A stretch of 64,000 bases of DNA, taken from Thermoanaerobaculum sp. (GTDB taxonomy: Bacteria; Acidobacteriota; Thermoanaerobaculia; Thermoanaerobaculales; Thermoanaerobaculaceae). Position 1 is the first letter of the stretch. Each line of letters begins with the position of its first letter. Below, piece by piece: positions 8,652-18,035 of the stretch. The position numbers and the translations under genes are program-made. Below the pieces are notes generated by a model. That model made no database searches and was not told where the DNA came from. It saw only the letters and a program-made list of their open reading frames with translations. The DNA is taken from the NCBI GenBank assembly GCA_025060245.1, contig JANXCP010000001.1, forward strand, positions 244 to 64,243. Reading direction: 5' to 3'.

Positions 8652-10397
8652 ATGTACAAGAGGGCAATTCTATTGCTTTTATTTTTTGGCTTGCCCTTTC
8701 CTCTTCTGGGGCAAAAGGTGGATGTGCGCGAGGAGTTGTTACCCAACGGGATGCGCCTGTTGATGGTGGAACGACACGATACGCCAACGGTGAGCTGCGG
8801 ATGGGTGGCCAAGGTGGGCTCAGTCAACGAGTCACCGGGGATTACGGGGATTTCTCATCTCTTTGAGCACATGATGTTTAAGGGGACGAAGACCATCGGC
8901 ACCAAGGGTTACGAGAAGGATCGGGACATTCTCGCCCGACAGGACGCGGTGCGGGCGGAAATGGAGCGCGAGTACTCCAAGCTGCGGGAACAACTGCGAA
9001 GGGGTGAGATTTCCGGCTCCATTTACGACCCGGAAAACGCGACCCCGCGCTTGAAGGAGCTTAAAGCGCAGTTGGAAAAGCTGTACGCTGAGGAAAAGGA
9101 GAACATTGTCAAGGACGAGCTCGATCAGATCTATACCCGCGAGGGTGCGTCGGGGCTTAACGCCTTTACCACGGAGGATCAAACGGTCTACTTTGTCACC
9201 GTACCGGCCAACAAGCTGGAGCTCTGGTTTTGGCTTGAGTCGGATCGCCTGGCCAACCCGGTGTTTCGCGAGTTTTACTCGGAACGGGATGTGGTGCGGG
9301 AAGAGCGGCGACTGCGGGTGGAGTCAACACCCTTGGGCAAGTTTGAGGAGCAGTTCAACGCCATGTTCTGGCAGTCCACCCCCTACCATCACCCGGTGAT
9401 CGGTTGGCCTGCGGATGTGGAGTCCATTACCCGCGCCCAGGCCGAGGCCTACTTTGCCACCTACTACGCACCCAACAACATTACCGCCGTGTTGGTGGGC
9501 GACTTTGATCCCGAGAAGGCCCTGGAACTGGCCAAGAGATATTTTGGGCGCTTGCCCCGTGGTCAAGTAGCGCCCCCGGAGGTCATTTCGGAAGAGGTAC
9601 CCCAAGTGGCGGAAAAGCGCTTCCTGGCGGAGGCTGAGACCAACCCCGAAGTGCAGATCCGCTTCCATGCCGTTCCCTTCCTCCACCGGGACATGTACGC
9701 GTTGCAACTGGCCGCGGATCTGCTCAGCCGACGCACGGGGCGACTGTACAAGAGCCTGGTGGAGGGGAAAAAGGTCGCCGTAGGTGAGCCCTACGCCAGC
9801 TTCCGCCCAATGAAGTACGCCGGCTACTTTGAAGTGGGTGCTGAAGTGAAGGAGGGGGTGGAACCGGCAGCGGTGGAGGGGGCCTTGCTGGCCGAGCTGG
9901 AACGCTTGGCGAAGGAGCCGGTGGAGGAGCGGGAGCTGCAAAAGGTGAAAAACCAGCAGTTGGCCAACTCCTTCCGCCGGCTACAGAGTAACTTCTTCCT
10001 CATGCTTCAGCTGGCCCTCTACGACTCCTTCGGCGATTGGCGGTTCATTAACGAGGCGCCGGCTAAAGTGCAAGCGGTAACGGCCCAGGATATCCAGCGT
10101 GTGGCCTCCCGCACCTTTACCCGGGAAAACCGCAACGTGGCCATTTACACGCGCAAGGCCGGAACCGCCGAGGACCCCGAGTTGGCAGCGTTGCCCGCCG
10201 AGTTGCGGGGCATGGTCAAACAACAGCTGCAGCAGCTTTTGACGATCAACGATGCGGACAGGCTTGGGCAGGCACTGGCGCAAATGCAGCAGATGATGGG
10301 GCGGGTCCCGCCGCAGATGAAGCCAGCCTTTGATTACGTCTTGAGGAAAATGGAGGAGCGCCTGGCGCAGTTGCAGCGAGAAAAGAAGGAGGAGTGA
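8652..10397 (+). CDS. Secreted M16 (pitrilysin)-family zinc peptidase, catalytic subunit
   Basis: Inverted zinc motif HLFEHMMFKGT (HxxEH). Signal peptide MYKRAILLLLFFGLPFPLLGQ. The ATG at 8652 is preceded by AAGGAG. Confidence 0.9.
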   Translation: MYKRAILLLLFFGLPFPLLGQKVDVREELLPNGMRLLMVERHDTPTVSCGWVAKVGSVNESPGITGISHLFEHMMFKGTKTIGTKGYEKDRDILARQDAVRAEMEREYSKLREQLRRGEISGSIYDPENATPRLKELKAQLEKLYAEEKENIVKDELDQIYTREGASGLNAFTTEDQTVYFVTVPANKLELWFWLESDRLANPVFREFYSERDVVREERRLRVESTPLGKFEEQFNAMFWQSTPYHHPVIGWPADVESITRAQAEAYFATYYAPNNITAVLVGDFDPEKALELAKRYFGRLPRGQVAPPEVISEEVPQVAEKRFLAEAETNPEVQIRFHAVPFLHRDMYALQLAADLLSRRTGRLYKSLVEGKKVAVGEPYASFRPMKYAGYFEVGAEVKEGVEPAAVEGALLAELERLAKEPVEERELQKVKNQQLANSFRRLQSNFFLMLQLALYDSFGDWRFINEAPAKVQAVTAQDIQRVASRTFTRENRNVAIYTRKAGTAEDPELAALPAELRGMVKQQLQQLLTINDADRLGQALAQMQQMMGRVPPQMKPAFDYVLRKMEERLAQLQREKKEE

Positions 10398-10398
10398 G

Positions 10399-11868
10399 AT
10401 GGCGAAGGCACGGTGGTTGGCTCTTGCTTTTCTTGCCGCGGTGGAGGTGGGTGTTGCTGAAATCCCCCCTCGCCCAGAGATGCTGAGTTTTCCGCCCCTG
10501 ACCTTTGAGGTACCCAAGGCGGAACGCTTTAAGGTAAACCTGAGCCAGGGCATCGCCGCGTACGTGGCCGAGGACCGATTGCTGCCGCTCGTAACGGTGC
10601 AGGTCTATTTTCGTGGCGGGCGGTACCTAGAGGAGCGGGGGAAGGAAGGCACGGCTCAGCTGTTGGGCACCGTCTGGCGTACCGGGGGGGCCGGCGACCT
10701 GGACCCGCAGGCGTTGGACGAAACCTTGGACTTTTTGGCAGCGCAGCTCTCCACCTCGGTGGGGCCAACGTACTCTTCGGTAAGCCTGAACTTGCTTAAA
10801 AAGGACCTTGACCGCGGGCTGCAACTTTTGTTTGATGTCATGCTTCGCCCACGATTTGACGAGGCGCGTTTAGCCAAGGCCAAGGAAGATCTCATCGCTG
10901 AGTTGAAGCGACGCAACGACGATGCGGCGGAGATTGAGCAACGGGAGTGGCAGCGACTGGTTTACGGTGACGACTACTGGCTGAACCGTTTGCCCACCAA
11001 GGCATCGGTGGAGGCCATTGGTCGGCAGGACCTGCAAGCCCTCCACCGGCGCATCGTCAACCCGGCTAACTGCGTGGTGGCGGTGGCGGGGGATGTGGAT
11101 CGGCAGGAGATGGTGCGCAAACTCAAGGGGCTGTTGGACCAGTGGAAGGTGAAAGGGGAGAGTGTTCCGCCGGTACCCCAGCCCACCCATCAAGCCAAAC
11201 CAGGGGTGTACCTGGTGCACAAGGCGGACGTAAACCAAGGGCGGGTTTCCCTAGGTCACTTGGGTGCCAAGCGTCCCCTGGCTGAGGAATTTGCCATCAC
11301 CGTGGCCAACGACGTGTTGGGGGGCGGTGGCTTTACTGCCTGGATGATGTCGCGCATCCGTTCGGACGAGGGGCTGGCCTACAGCGCCTACTCCTCGTAC
11401 AACATCGGCGAATACTTCCCCGGCACCTTTCGCGCATCGTTCCAATCCAAATCCTCCACCTGTGCACGGGCGGCCTTTTTGACTTTGGATTTGGTTGGCA
11501 AGCTGCGTCGCGGGGAAGTGACAGAACAGGAGCTGGTCACCAGTAAGAACTCCTTCATAGAGACCTTCCCGCGTAACTTTGAAAGCAAGCTGCGCACGGT
11601 CCAGCTGTACGCCCAGGACGACTTGGCAGGCAGGCCGCATGCCTATTGGCTGACCTACCGGGAACAAATTCGCCGCGTGGATCGGCAGGCGGTCAAACAG
11701 GCAGCCGAAAAGCTGATCAAGCCCGAGGAATTTGTGATTTTGGTGGTGGGCAACGTGGATGAGATTTTGCAGGGTCACCCCGACTTTCCTGAGATCCAGC
11801 TGGCCAAGCTGGGACCCTTGACACGGCTGCCGCTGCGTGACCCGCTCACGTTGCAACCGCTCCCGTAG
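10399..11868 (+). CDS. Secreted M16-family peptidase, non-catalytic partner subunit
   Basis: 489 aa with a signal peptide and M16-like fold segments, but I see no HxxEH motif. The ATG lies 1 nt after the upstream stop, with AAGGAGGAG as RBS. Confidence 0.8.
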   Translation: MAKARWLALAFLAAVEVGVAEIPPRPEMLSFPPLTFEVPKAERFKVNLSQGIAAYVAEDRLLPLVTVQVYFRGGRYLEERGKEGTAQLLGTVWRTGGAGDLDPQALDETLDFLAAQLSTSVGPTYSSVSLNLLKKDLDRGLQLLFDVMLRPRFDEARLAKAKEDLIAELKRRNDDAAEIEQREWQRLVYGDDYWLNRLPTKASVEAIGRQDLQALHRRIVNPANCVVAVAGDVDRQEMVRKLKGLLDQWKVKGESVPPVPQPTHQAKPGVYLVHKADVNQGRVSLGHLGAKRPLAEEFAITVANDVLGGGGFTAWMMSRIRSDEGLAYSAYSSYNIGEYFPGTFRASFQSKSSTCARAAFLTLDLVGKLRRGEVTEQELVTSKNSFIETFPRNFESKLRTVQLYAQDDLAGRPHAYWLTYREQIRRVDRQAVKQAAEKLIKPEEFVILVVGNVDEILQGHPDFPEIQLAKLGPLTRLPLRDPLTLQPLP

Positions 11869-11888
11869 CGTCTCTTACGGCCACCTTA

Positions 11889-11914
11889 GGGGCGCCCAAA
11901 AGCGCCCCTTTTTT
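11889..11914 (+). terminator. Rho-independent terminator after the M16 pair
   Basis: GGGGCGC-ccaaaa-GCGCCCC followed by TTTTTT, 20 nt after the stop codon. Confidence 0.75.
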
Positions 11915-12051
11915 CTTGTCTGGTGGTCAGAAGGGGACGGCGGGTCGTGAAGTTTTGCACCGCTTTACCGGGGTTTGGGTTCCCGCAGCGGATGGGTGTA
12001 GGAGCCTTTGGCCTGTCGCCTCGGTTGGCCATGAAAGGATTAGACAGAGGC

Positions 12052-12080
12052 TTGACGCCAACTAGAAAGCCGTTTAAGCT
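12052..12080 (+). promoter_or_regulatory. Candidate sigma70 promoter for the S8 protease gene
   Basis: TTGACG, a 17-nt spacer, then TAAGCT, about 50 nt upstream of the ATG at 12132. Sequence match only. Confidence 0.3.
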
Positions 12081-12131
12081 AAGCACAACAAGCGAGCGAG
12101 CGCCAAGTGCTCCAAGGGGCGGGGAGGTCAC

Positions 12132-14891
12132 ATGGGCCACAAACGCTACTTTATGTTTTTCGGGCTGTTGCTCTCGGTGGTGGGTGTTTTCGTGCGAACC
12201 ACCTTCGCTTCATTGCCTGCCCAGGTACCGTCAGCGGATCTGCAGGCAGTGGCCAAGGAAGCCAAGGTGTTGCGCTGGCCTAAGCTGGACCGAACTCTCA
12301 ACCGCTGGCTGGAGGCGAATGGAGAGCCGATCCTAGCCCAGGAAGTGGGAGCACGCCAGCGCGAGGACACGGTACAGGTCTACGTGGTGGTAGTGCCCGG
12401 GCAGGAAGAGGCGATGGCCTCCTACCTTCAGGGGGAGGGGTGTGGCGACCTGCTACGCTGGGAGAACACCCTGCAGTGTTACGCGTCGGCGGACCTCCTG
12501 CGAGCTTTAGCGGTACACCCGCAGGTAGAGCAGGTTCGCCTCCCTAGCTACTATCGCCCTGCGCCATGGGAAAAAGGCTTGTCGGCACGTGCTCTTGCGG
12601 GATCCCTCACCACCGAGGCTCTGGCCGTCATGAACGTGCCCGCTTGGCATTCGGCGGGGTTCCAAGGTCAAGGCGTGAAAGTGGGGATCATTGACTCGGG
12701 TTTTAAGGGTTATGCGGCGCTCGTAGGCTCGGACCTTCCTCCGGCCAGTCGGCTTTTTATTTGGTCGGGTGGACTGGCGAACATGGACAGTACCGAGCAC
12801 GGCACCATGTGCGCGGAAATTGTCTACGACATCGTTCCCCAAGCGAGCCTGTTTCTCGCCGCTGTGGCGACAGATGTGGACCTAGCCAATGCGGTGTCGT
12901 GGATGCAAAGCCAAGGGGTGAGGGTGATTACCATGTCTTTGGGATGGCTCTCTTGGGGACCCGGTGACGGCACCGGACCCCTTCACAATGTGATCAACAA
13001 CTTCGTGAGCGCCGGCGGTGTTTGGGCCAACTCAGCGGGTAACTCGCGTCTTGCCCATTGGCAGGGGGACTTTCGGGATACCGACGGGGATGGGTGGCTG
13101 GAGTTTGACGCCGGCGGCAGGGAGGTGAACTACGTCACGGACGGCATGGGAAACTGCCAGATCATCCCAGCAAATACTGACATTGCTGCCTCTCTGGTGT
13201 GGAACCAATGGAACGCGCCGCAGACGGACTTGGACTTTTACATCTTCCGCTGGGACCCCGGCTCCTCCCAGTGGGTGGAACTTACCCGCTCGGACAGCTT
13301 GCAAAACGGCCAGGCGGGGCAACGACCTGTCGAGGAAAACTTTAGCGTTACGAAAATTACTGTGGACGGTTGCTACGGCTTCGCCGTAAAGCGGTATGCG
13401 GGTCCTACTACCGTGCAGCTGGAAATGTTTAACCGATTTGACAGCTCACCTTTGGTGGTCAACGTTGCCGATGGGTCAGTGTTGCCCCCTGCGGATGCAG
13501 CAGGAGCCATTGCCACCGCTGCCCTCCACGTGGGGACGTTGGCCCTGGAGCCCTATAGCTCCAGGGGGCCAACGAATGGTCCCGGGGGATCGCTGACCGG
13601 TGGATCGGTGAAACCTGACCTTTCCGCCTTTGCGCGGGTCTCCTGCAACGCCTACGGCGCCGGTCGTTGCTCGGGAACCTCCGCTGCTTCCCCCCATGTG
13701 GGCGGGGCGGCGGCCTTGGTGCTTTCCGGCTATCCTAGCTACACTAGTGCACAGGTTCGCAGCTACCTGGAATCCAATGCGGTGGATCTGGGGCCCGCGG
13801 GTAAAGATAACGACTACGGGCATGGCCGCCTGCGCTTGGGATCCCCCCCTGCTTCTACCTGCACGGCGCCGGGCATCCCCGGAACCCTTTCGTCGTCCAA
13901 ATCCAGCGTGGTTTCCGGGGAGAACTTCACCCTCTCCTGGGGCGCCGCCTCTCTGGCCGATGCCTACGAACTGCAGTACGCCAACAACCCGGCTTTTTCC
14001 GGGGCGCAGAGCTACACCATTTCTGGCACCAGTACCGGCTTCCAGGTGACCACCGCCAGCGCCATGACGGCCTACTTCCGTGTGCGGGCCACGCGGAGTT
14101 GCGGCTCGGTCGGTGATTGGTCCAACACGGTCCAGGTTACCGTGACCCCCTCCGGTGGCGGGGGTGGAGGCACCAACGTCTATTGGATCCCGGTGGTGGC
14201 CAACGCCGCCGGCGTGGGAAGTTACTTCTATTCGGACGTGATGGTCCTGAACCTTGGAACGGCGGGGGCGACGGTCAGCTTCACCTACTACCCCACGGGT
14301 CAAACCCCAGCCTCCGGGACCTCAGGATCCCCCATTCCCCCAGGAGGGCAGGCTATTTACCGCGATGTGGTGGGTCAACTGAACAAGGTGGGCACCAAGG
14401 GCGTGCTGAAGTTGGAGTCCGCCCAGCCCCTGCGGGTCTTTTCCCGCACCTATAACCGCCTCGGCGCGGGGAACCCGTTGGGTCTTACCGCCGGCACCAC
14501 CTTTGGTCAAGGGGTGGAAGCGTACACCCTGGGAGAGACGTTGAGCGCCGGTCAGACGGCGTACCTGGTGGGGCTCACCCAAAACGCCAATTACCGCACC
14601 AACATTGCCGTGGCCAACTTTGGCACCGCCGTGGCCAACGTGACGGTGACGCTGTATGCTGGCGACGGCACCCAGTTGGCAAGCTACACGGTGACCCTAA
14701 ACCCGGCAGAGCTCAAGCAGGAAGACCAGGTGTTTGTCACCAGGGCAGGACAATCCAACCTAGAGTCGGGGTGGGCCAGGGTGGTGGTGAACTCCGGATC
14801 AGGTGTGGTGGCCTATGCTTCGGTGTTGGACAACGTGGCCACCGCGGGGCAAAGGCCTTCCGATCCCACGACGGTGCCCTTTACGCGGTAG
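12132..14891 (+). CDS. Secreted S8 (subtilisin-family) serine protease with FN3-like and unknown C-terminal modules
   Basis: Catalytic triad context VGIIDSGF (Asp), HGTMCAEIV (His) and SGTSAASPHVGGAAALV (Ser), plus the oxyanion NSAGN. It has an N-terminal hydrophobic signal/anchor. The RBS is GGGGAGG. Confidence 0.9.
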   Translation: MGHKRYFMFFGLLLSVVGVFVRTTFASLPAQVPSADLQAVAKEAKVLRWPKLDRTLNRWLEANGEPILAQEVGARQREDTVQVYVVVVPGQEEAMASYLQGEGCGDLLRWENTLQCYASADLLRALAVHPQVEQVRLPSYYRPAPWEKGLSARALAGSLTTEALAVMNVPAWHSAGFQGQGVKVGIIDSGFKGYAALVGSDLPPASRLFIWSGGLANMDSTEHGTMCAEIVYDIVPQASLFLAAVATDVDLANAVSWMQSQGVRVITMSLGWLSWGPGDGTGPLHNVINNFVSAGGVWANSAGNSRLAHWQGDFRDTDGDGWLEFDAGGREVNYVTDGMGNCQIIPANTDIAASLVWNQWNAPQTDLDFYIFRWDPGSSQWVELTRSDSLQNGQAGQRPVEENFSVTKITVDGCYGFAVKRYAGPTTVQLEMFNRFDSSPLVVNVADGSVLPPADAAGAIATAALHVGTLALEPYSSRGPTNGPGGSLTGGSVKPDLSAFARVSCNAYGAGRCSGTSAASPHVGGAAALVLSGYPSYTSAQVRSYLESNAVDLGPAGKDNDYGHGRLRLGSPPASTCTAPGIPGTLSSSKSSVVSGENFTLSWGAASLADAYELQYANNPAFSGAQSYTISGTSTGFQVTTASAMTAYFRVRATRSCGSVGDWSNTVQVTVTPSGGGGGGTNVYWIPVVANAAGVGSYFYSDVMVLNLGTAGATVSFTYYPTGQTPASGTSGSPIPPGGQAIYRDVVGQLNKVGTKGVLKLESAQPLRVFSRTYNRLGAGNPLGLTAGTTFGQGVEAYTLGETLSAGQTAYLVGLTQNANYRTNIAVANFGTAVANVTVTLYAGDGTQLASYTVTLNPAELKQEDQVFVTRAGQSNLESGWARVVVNSGSGVVAYASVLDNVATAGQRPSDPTTVPFTR

Positions 14892-14899
14892 GGAGGTAA

Positions 14900-14942
14900 G
14901 GGACCCAGGGCTTGCGGCCTAATCTTCGCCAACCTGGGTCCC
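14900..14942 (+). terminator. Intergenic 10-bp inverted repeat (possible terminator or processing hairpin)
   Basis: GGGACCCAGG (14900-14909) pairs with CCTGGGTCCC (14933-14942) across a 23-nt loop. There is no T-run. Confidence 0.3.
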
Positions 14943-14981
14943 AAGCGTTGAGAGGGAAGACGGCAAGGCTACACTTCTGCT

Positions 14982-15395
14982 GTGGTGGAACAGGCTCGCG
15001 TCCTCCTTTACCGTCTCGCCGGCAGCAAGAAGGCACTGGATGCCTGTCGGTTAGTGGAACGGCTGTACCTCAAGGGCCACCGAGTGGTGGTGTGGCTGCA
15101 AGACCAAGGGCGTGCGGTGATTTTTGACCAGTACCTGTGGACCTTCAGCGACACCTCATTTGTCCCGCACCGCTTGGCGATGGACCAAAAAGCGGTGGAG
15201 GAGCCGGTGGCCATCGTAGCCGGCGAACTCTACAACCCCAACGGTGCAGATCACCTGGTGGTCTTAGAGGCCCCCAAGAACCTCAAACAGGTCCACGACT
15301 TTGCCGTGGTCCACGATTTGCTGGTGGCGGGGGAAGAGCGCAGGGAAAGGTGGGAAGCGGCGGGGTTTGCGGTGGAGGAGGCACGCCACCCCTAG
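14982..15395 (+). CDS. holC: DNA polymerase III chi subunit
   Basis: 137 aa. The pattern ACRLVERLYLKGHRVVV...FDQYLWTFSDTSFVPH matches the HolC signature (LD..LW....SFVPH). Confidence 0.75.
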   Translation: MVEQARVLLYRLAGSKKALDACRLVERLYLKGHRVVVWLQDQGRAVIFDQYLWTFSDTSFVPHRLAMDQKAVEEPVAIVAGELYNPNGADHLVVLEAPKNLKQVHDFAVVHDLLVAGEERRERWEAAGFAVEEARHP

Positions 15396-15448
15396 ACCGC
15401 AACTCGGGCCGCGGAGCACACACGCTCTCCGCCGTTTTCGGCCGGGTC

Positions 15449-16411
15449 CTAGAAGGCAAAAAATGGCTGCACGTAGGTGTGCTCGGAACGGTTGTGGCGG
15501 TCAAGGGCAGCGAGAGCCCGTTGGTACTCCGCCAAGGTGATCCGCCGGGCCAGCTCGGGAAAGCGGCCCCTCTCCACCCAGTGGCAGGGTCGGTACTGGC
15601 TCAACAGGCTCACGGTCACTCGCGGGGAGAGGTGTTGCGCCATCCAGGCCAAGGACTCCTCCACCCCCGCCAAGCCATTGGGCAGCACCAACAGGCGTAC
15701 TAAGAGTCCCCGGCGCAGGACGCCCGCCGCATCGGTTACCCACTCCTCCCCCACTTGGCGGAACATCTCCACAAGGGCCGCGCGAGCGGCTTGGGGGTAA
15801 TCGGGCACGCGTGAGTAACGGCTCCCCGCCTCGGGATCGGCGTACTTGAGGTCGGGCATGTAGATGTCCACCACCCCCTCCAGCAAAGCCAGGGCCTCCA
15901 CCGAATCGTAGGCGTTGGTGTTGTAAACGATGGGGATGGAGAGCCCCCGTTCCGCGGCCTCGAGCAGCGCCTCCACCAGCTGCGGCAGCTGATGGGTGGG
16001 GGAAACCCAGTTGATGTTGTGGCAACCCAAGGCCTGGAGGTCCAACATGGCTTCGGCCAGTTCGCTGGGCCCCATGGTATGGTGGAGAAAGTTCCGCGGA
16101 AGCTGGGAAATGTCCCAGTTTTGGCAGTACACGCAACGCAGGTTGCAGTTAGCCAAAAAGACCGTGCCCGAGCCCCGCACCCCGGATATGGGTGGCTCTT
16201 CGCCAAAGTGGGGGTGCCAGGCGGCCACGTGGAGCTTGGTGGTGGTGGCACAGCTTCCCAAGCCCTCCTGGCGGTTCACACCGCACGATCGCGGGCAAAG
16301 GCGACAGGGCGAGGCGAGCCTCCACAAAGCCTCCACCCGCCGGGATAGCTCTCCGGCGTCAAGCAGAGCACGGTAGCCCGGTTGCCACGTGGCGCAGCCA
16401 GTCCCGCTCAT
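15449..16411 (-). CDS. Radical SAM protein, PflX-like (pyruvate formate-lyase-activase-related)
   Basis: CNLRCVYCQNWDIS is the CxxxCxxC motif. It is preceded by CRLCPRSCGVNR...HFGEEPPISGVRGSGTVFLANC, which is typical of the PflX-type family. Its ATG overlaps the ADH stop (ATGA). Confidence 0.85.
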   Translation of the reverse strand: MSGTGCATWQPGYRALLDAGELSRRVEALWRLASPCRLCPRSCGVNRQEGLGSCATTTKLHVAAWHPHFGEEPPISGVRGSGTVFLANCNLRCVYCQNWDISQLPRNFLHHTMGPSELAEAMLDLQALGCHNINWVSPTHQLPQLVEALLEAAERGLSIPIVYNTNAYDSVEALALLEGVVDIYMPDLKYADPEAGSRYSRVPDYPQAARAALVEMFRQVGEEWVTDAAGVLRRGLLVRLLVLPNGLAGVEESLAWMAQHLSPRVTVSLLSQYRPCHWVERGRFPELARRITLAEYQRALAALDRHNRSEHTYVQPFFAF

Positions 16412-17409
16412 GGCTGAAGAACCAGCGCTCCTTGCACCTGCGAACGCTTGACCCGCAGCAAGGCCTCGTTAGCCTCTGCCAACGGCAGCACCTCCACCTG
16501 GGTGTGAATGGGAATTCGTGCCGCCAGGTCAAGAAGTTCTCGGGCATCTTGCCGGGTGGCGTTAGCCACAGAGATGAGCCGCCGCTCAGGGTAGAGGAGG
16601 GCGTAGGGGAGGCTGGGGATCTGGCTCATGGTGATGCCGGCACAGGCCACGGTACCCCCTGGGATCACGTGTTGCAGCGCCAGAGGCACCTGTTCGCCGG
16701 CTGGGGAAAAGATCACGGCACAATCCAAAGGAGCCGGAGGGGGGTCGGTGGGGTTTCCTGCCCAACTGGCCCCCAGCTCGCGGGCGTGGCGTTGGTGTTG
16801 ATCGGCGCGGGTGAAGACGAAGACTTGGGCAGAAAAAAAACGCGCCACCTGAATGGCCACGTGAGCCGAGGCCCCAAAACCGAAAAAACCCACCCGAACA
16901 GGTTCCAAAGCTCCAGCCAGCCGCAGGGCCCGGTAGCCAATAATCCCAGCGCATAGCAGTGGCGCTGCCCGCTCGGCGTTCAGGTGAGAGGGCAGCCGGT
17001 AGCAAAAGGAAGCTTTAGCCACAGCGCGCTCGGCGTAACCCCCGGGACGGGTAAACCCGGTAAACTCTGCTTCGCTGCAGAGGTTTTCCCGTCCTTCCCG
17101 GCAAAAGCGGCATTCCCCGCAGGTGCCACCCATCCAACCCAGTCCCACGGTGGCGTGGAGCATTGATGGGTCCACACCGGGCCCAAGGCCCACCACCTGG
17201 CCCACCACTTGATGGCCGGGGATCAGAGGAAAACGTGCCTGTGGCAGATCGCCCTCCACGATGTGGAGGTCGGTACGGCAAACGCCGCAGGCCCGAACGC
17301 GCAGCGTCACTTCCCCGGGGCCGGGAAGCGGTTCAACCACTTCCTCGGCTCGCAAGGGCCGGCCCTCGGCGGGAGCAGGGGCATGCAGCACCATTGCCCT
17401 CATGACCAC
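16408..17409 (-). CDS. Zinc-dependent alcohol dehydrogenase (MDR family)
   Basis: ACGVCRTDLHIVEG and GHQVVG (catalytic zinc site) plus GGTCGECRFCREGRENLC (structural zinc site). Confidence 0.9.
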   Translation of the reverse strand: MVMRAMVLHAPAPAEGRPLRAEEVVEPLPGPGEVTLRVRACGVCRTDLHIVEGDLPQARFPLIPGHQVVGQVVGLGPGVDPSMLHATVGLGWMGGTCGECRFCREGRENLCSEAEFTGFTRPGGYAERAVAKASFCYRLPSHLNAERAAPLLCAGIIGYRALRLAGALEPVRVGFFGFGASAHVAIQVARFFSAQVFVFTRADQHQRHARELGASWAGNPTDPPPAPLDCAVIFSPAGEQVPLALQHVIPGGTVACAGITMSQIPSLPYALLYPERRLISVANATRQDARELLDLAARIPIHTQVEVLPLAEANEALLRVKRSQVQGALVLQP

Positions 17410-17485
17410 CCCCGTCCCATTCTACGGTCCTCGGGGATGCTGTGATAGAATCCCTCGCCGCTGTGCGCGGCCCGGAGGCGTGGCG

Positions 17486-18034
17486 ATGCAGAGGAAATGG
17501 CCTGTGGCGGTGTTGCTTTTGGCGGTGTGGGGCATGGCAAGGGCAAGCGCCCAGGAAGGACCTACGAAGATTGCCTTTGTGGACGTGCAACGGGCGCTTC
17601 TCTCCATTGAGGAGGGGAAGGCCAAGCGCAAGGAGCTCCAGGACTGGGCGGCTCCGCGCCAGCAGGAGTTGCAGCGCCTAGACCAGGAAATCCAAACCCT
17701 GCAGCAAGAGCTGGGTGCCAAGCAGCAGACGGCAACCTTGGATCAGCTGTCAGAGCTCAACCGGCGACTCACGGCGAAGAAACGGGAGTTTGAAGATAAG
17801 CAGCGGCAATACTCCCGCGAACTGGAGGAAAAGCAAAACGAGGTACTGCGTGCCCTGGGGCAGAAGCTAGAGCAGCTGCTCGCGGAGTACGCCAGTAGTG
17901 AAAAGTACACCGCGGTTTTTATCCTGCAGCCGGAGCAAGTGGCGTTCGTCGCCACCTCGGCCGACATCACCGATAAGCTCATCCAGTTGTACAACCAAAA
18001 ATACCCCTACCCGCCGAAAGGAGGGTCCAAGTAA
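17486..18034 (+). CDS. skp: OmpH/Skp-family periplasmic chaperone
   Basis: Signal peptide MQRKWPVAVLLLAVWGMARASA, then KIAFVDVQRALLSIEEGKAKRKELQ and a long coiled-coil region. The ATG at 17486 is preceded by GGAGG. Confidence 0.8.
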   Translation: MQRKWPVAVLLLAVWGMARASAQEGPTKIAFVDVQRALLSIEEGKAKRKELQDWAAPRQQELQRLDQEIQTLQQELGAKQQTATLDQLSELNRRLTAKKREFEDKQRQYSRELEEKQNEVLRALGQKLEQLLAEYASSEKYTAVFILQPEQVAFVATSADITDKLIQLYNQKYPYPPKGGSK

Positions 18035-18035
18035 G

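Noticed and set aside
8512-8787. Long N-terminal extensions offered by the ORF track. Examples are the 642-aa form of the M2-like peptidase, and the upstream parts of the skp, bcp, Nif3, cinA, thpR, plsY, gpsA, efp, Memo-AMMECR1 and alkaline phosphatase ORFs.
   Set aside because: The extensions overlap neighbouring genes or divergent promoter regions, are Pro/Arg/Gly-rich, and lack RBSs. Internal starts with GGAGG-type RBSs give N-termini that match the protein families or give proper signal peptides.
15449-16411. The radical SAM gene as the missing AmrS partner of the Memo-AMMECR1 fusion at 48.9-50.4 kb.
   Set aside because: Its motif context (HFGEEPPISG..GSGTVFLANCNLRCVYCQNW) looks PflX-type rather than AmrS-type. 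It lies 33 kb away and is translationally coupled to an alcohol dehydrogenase instead.
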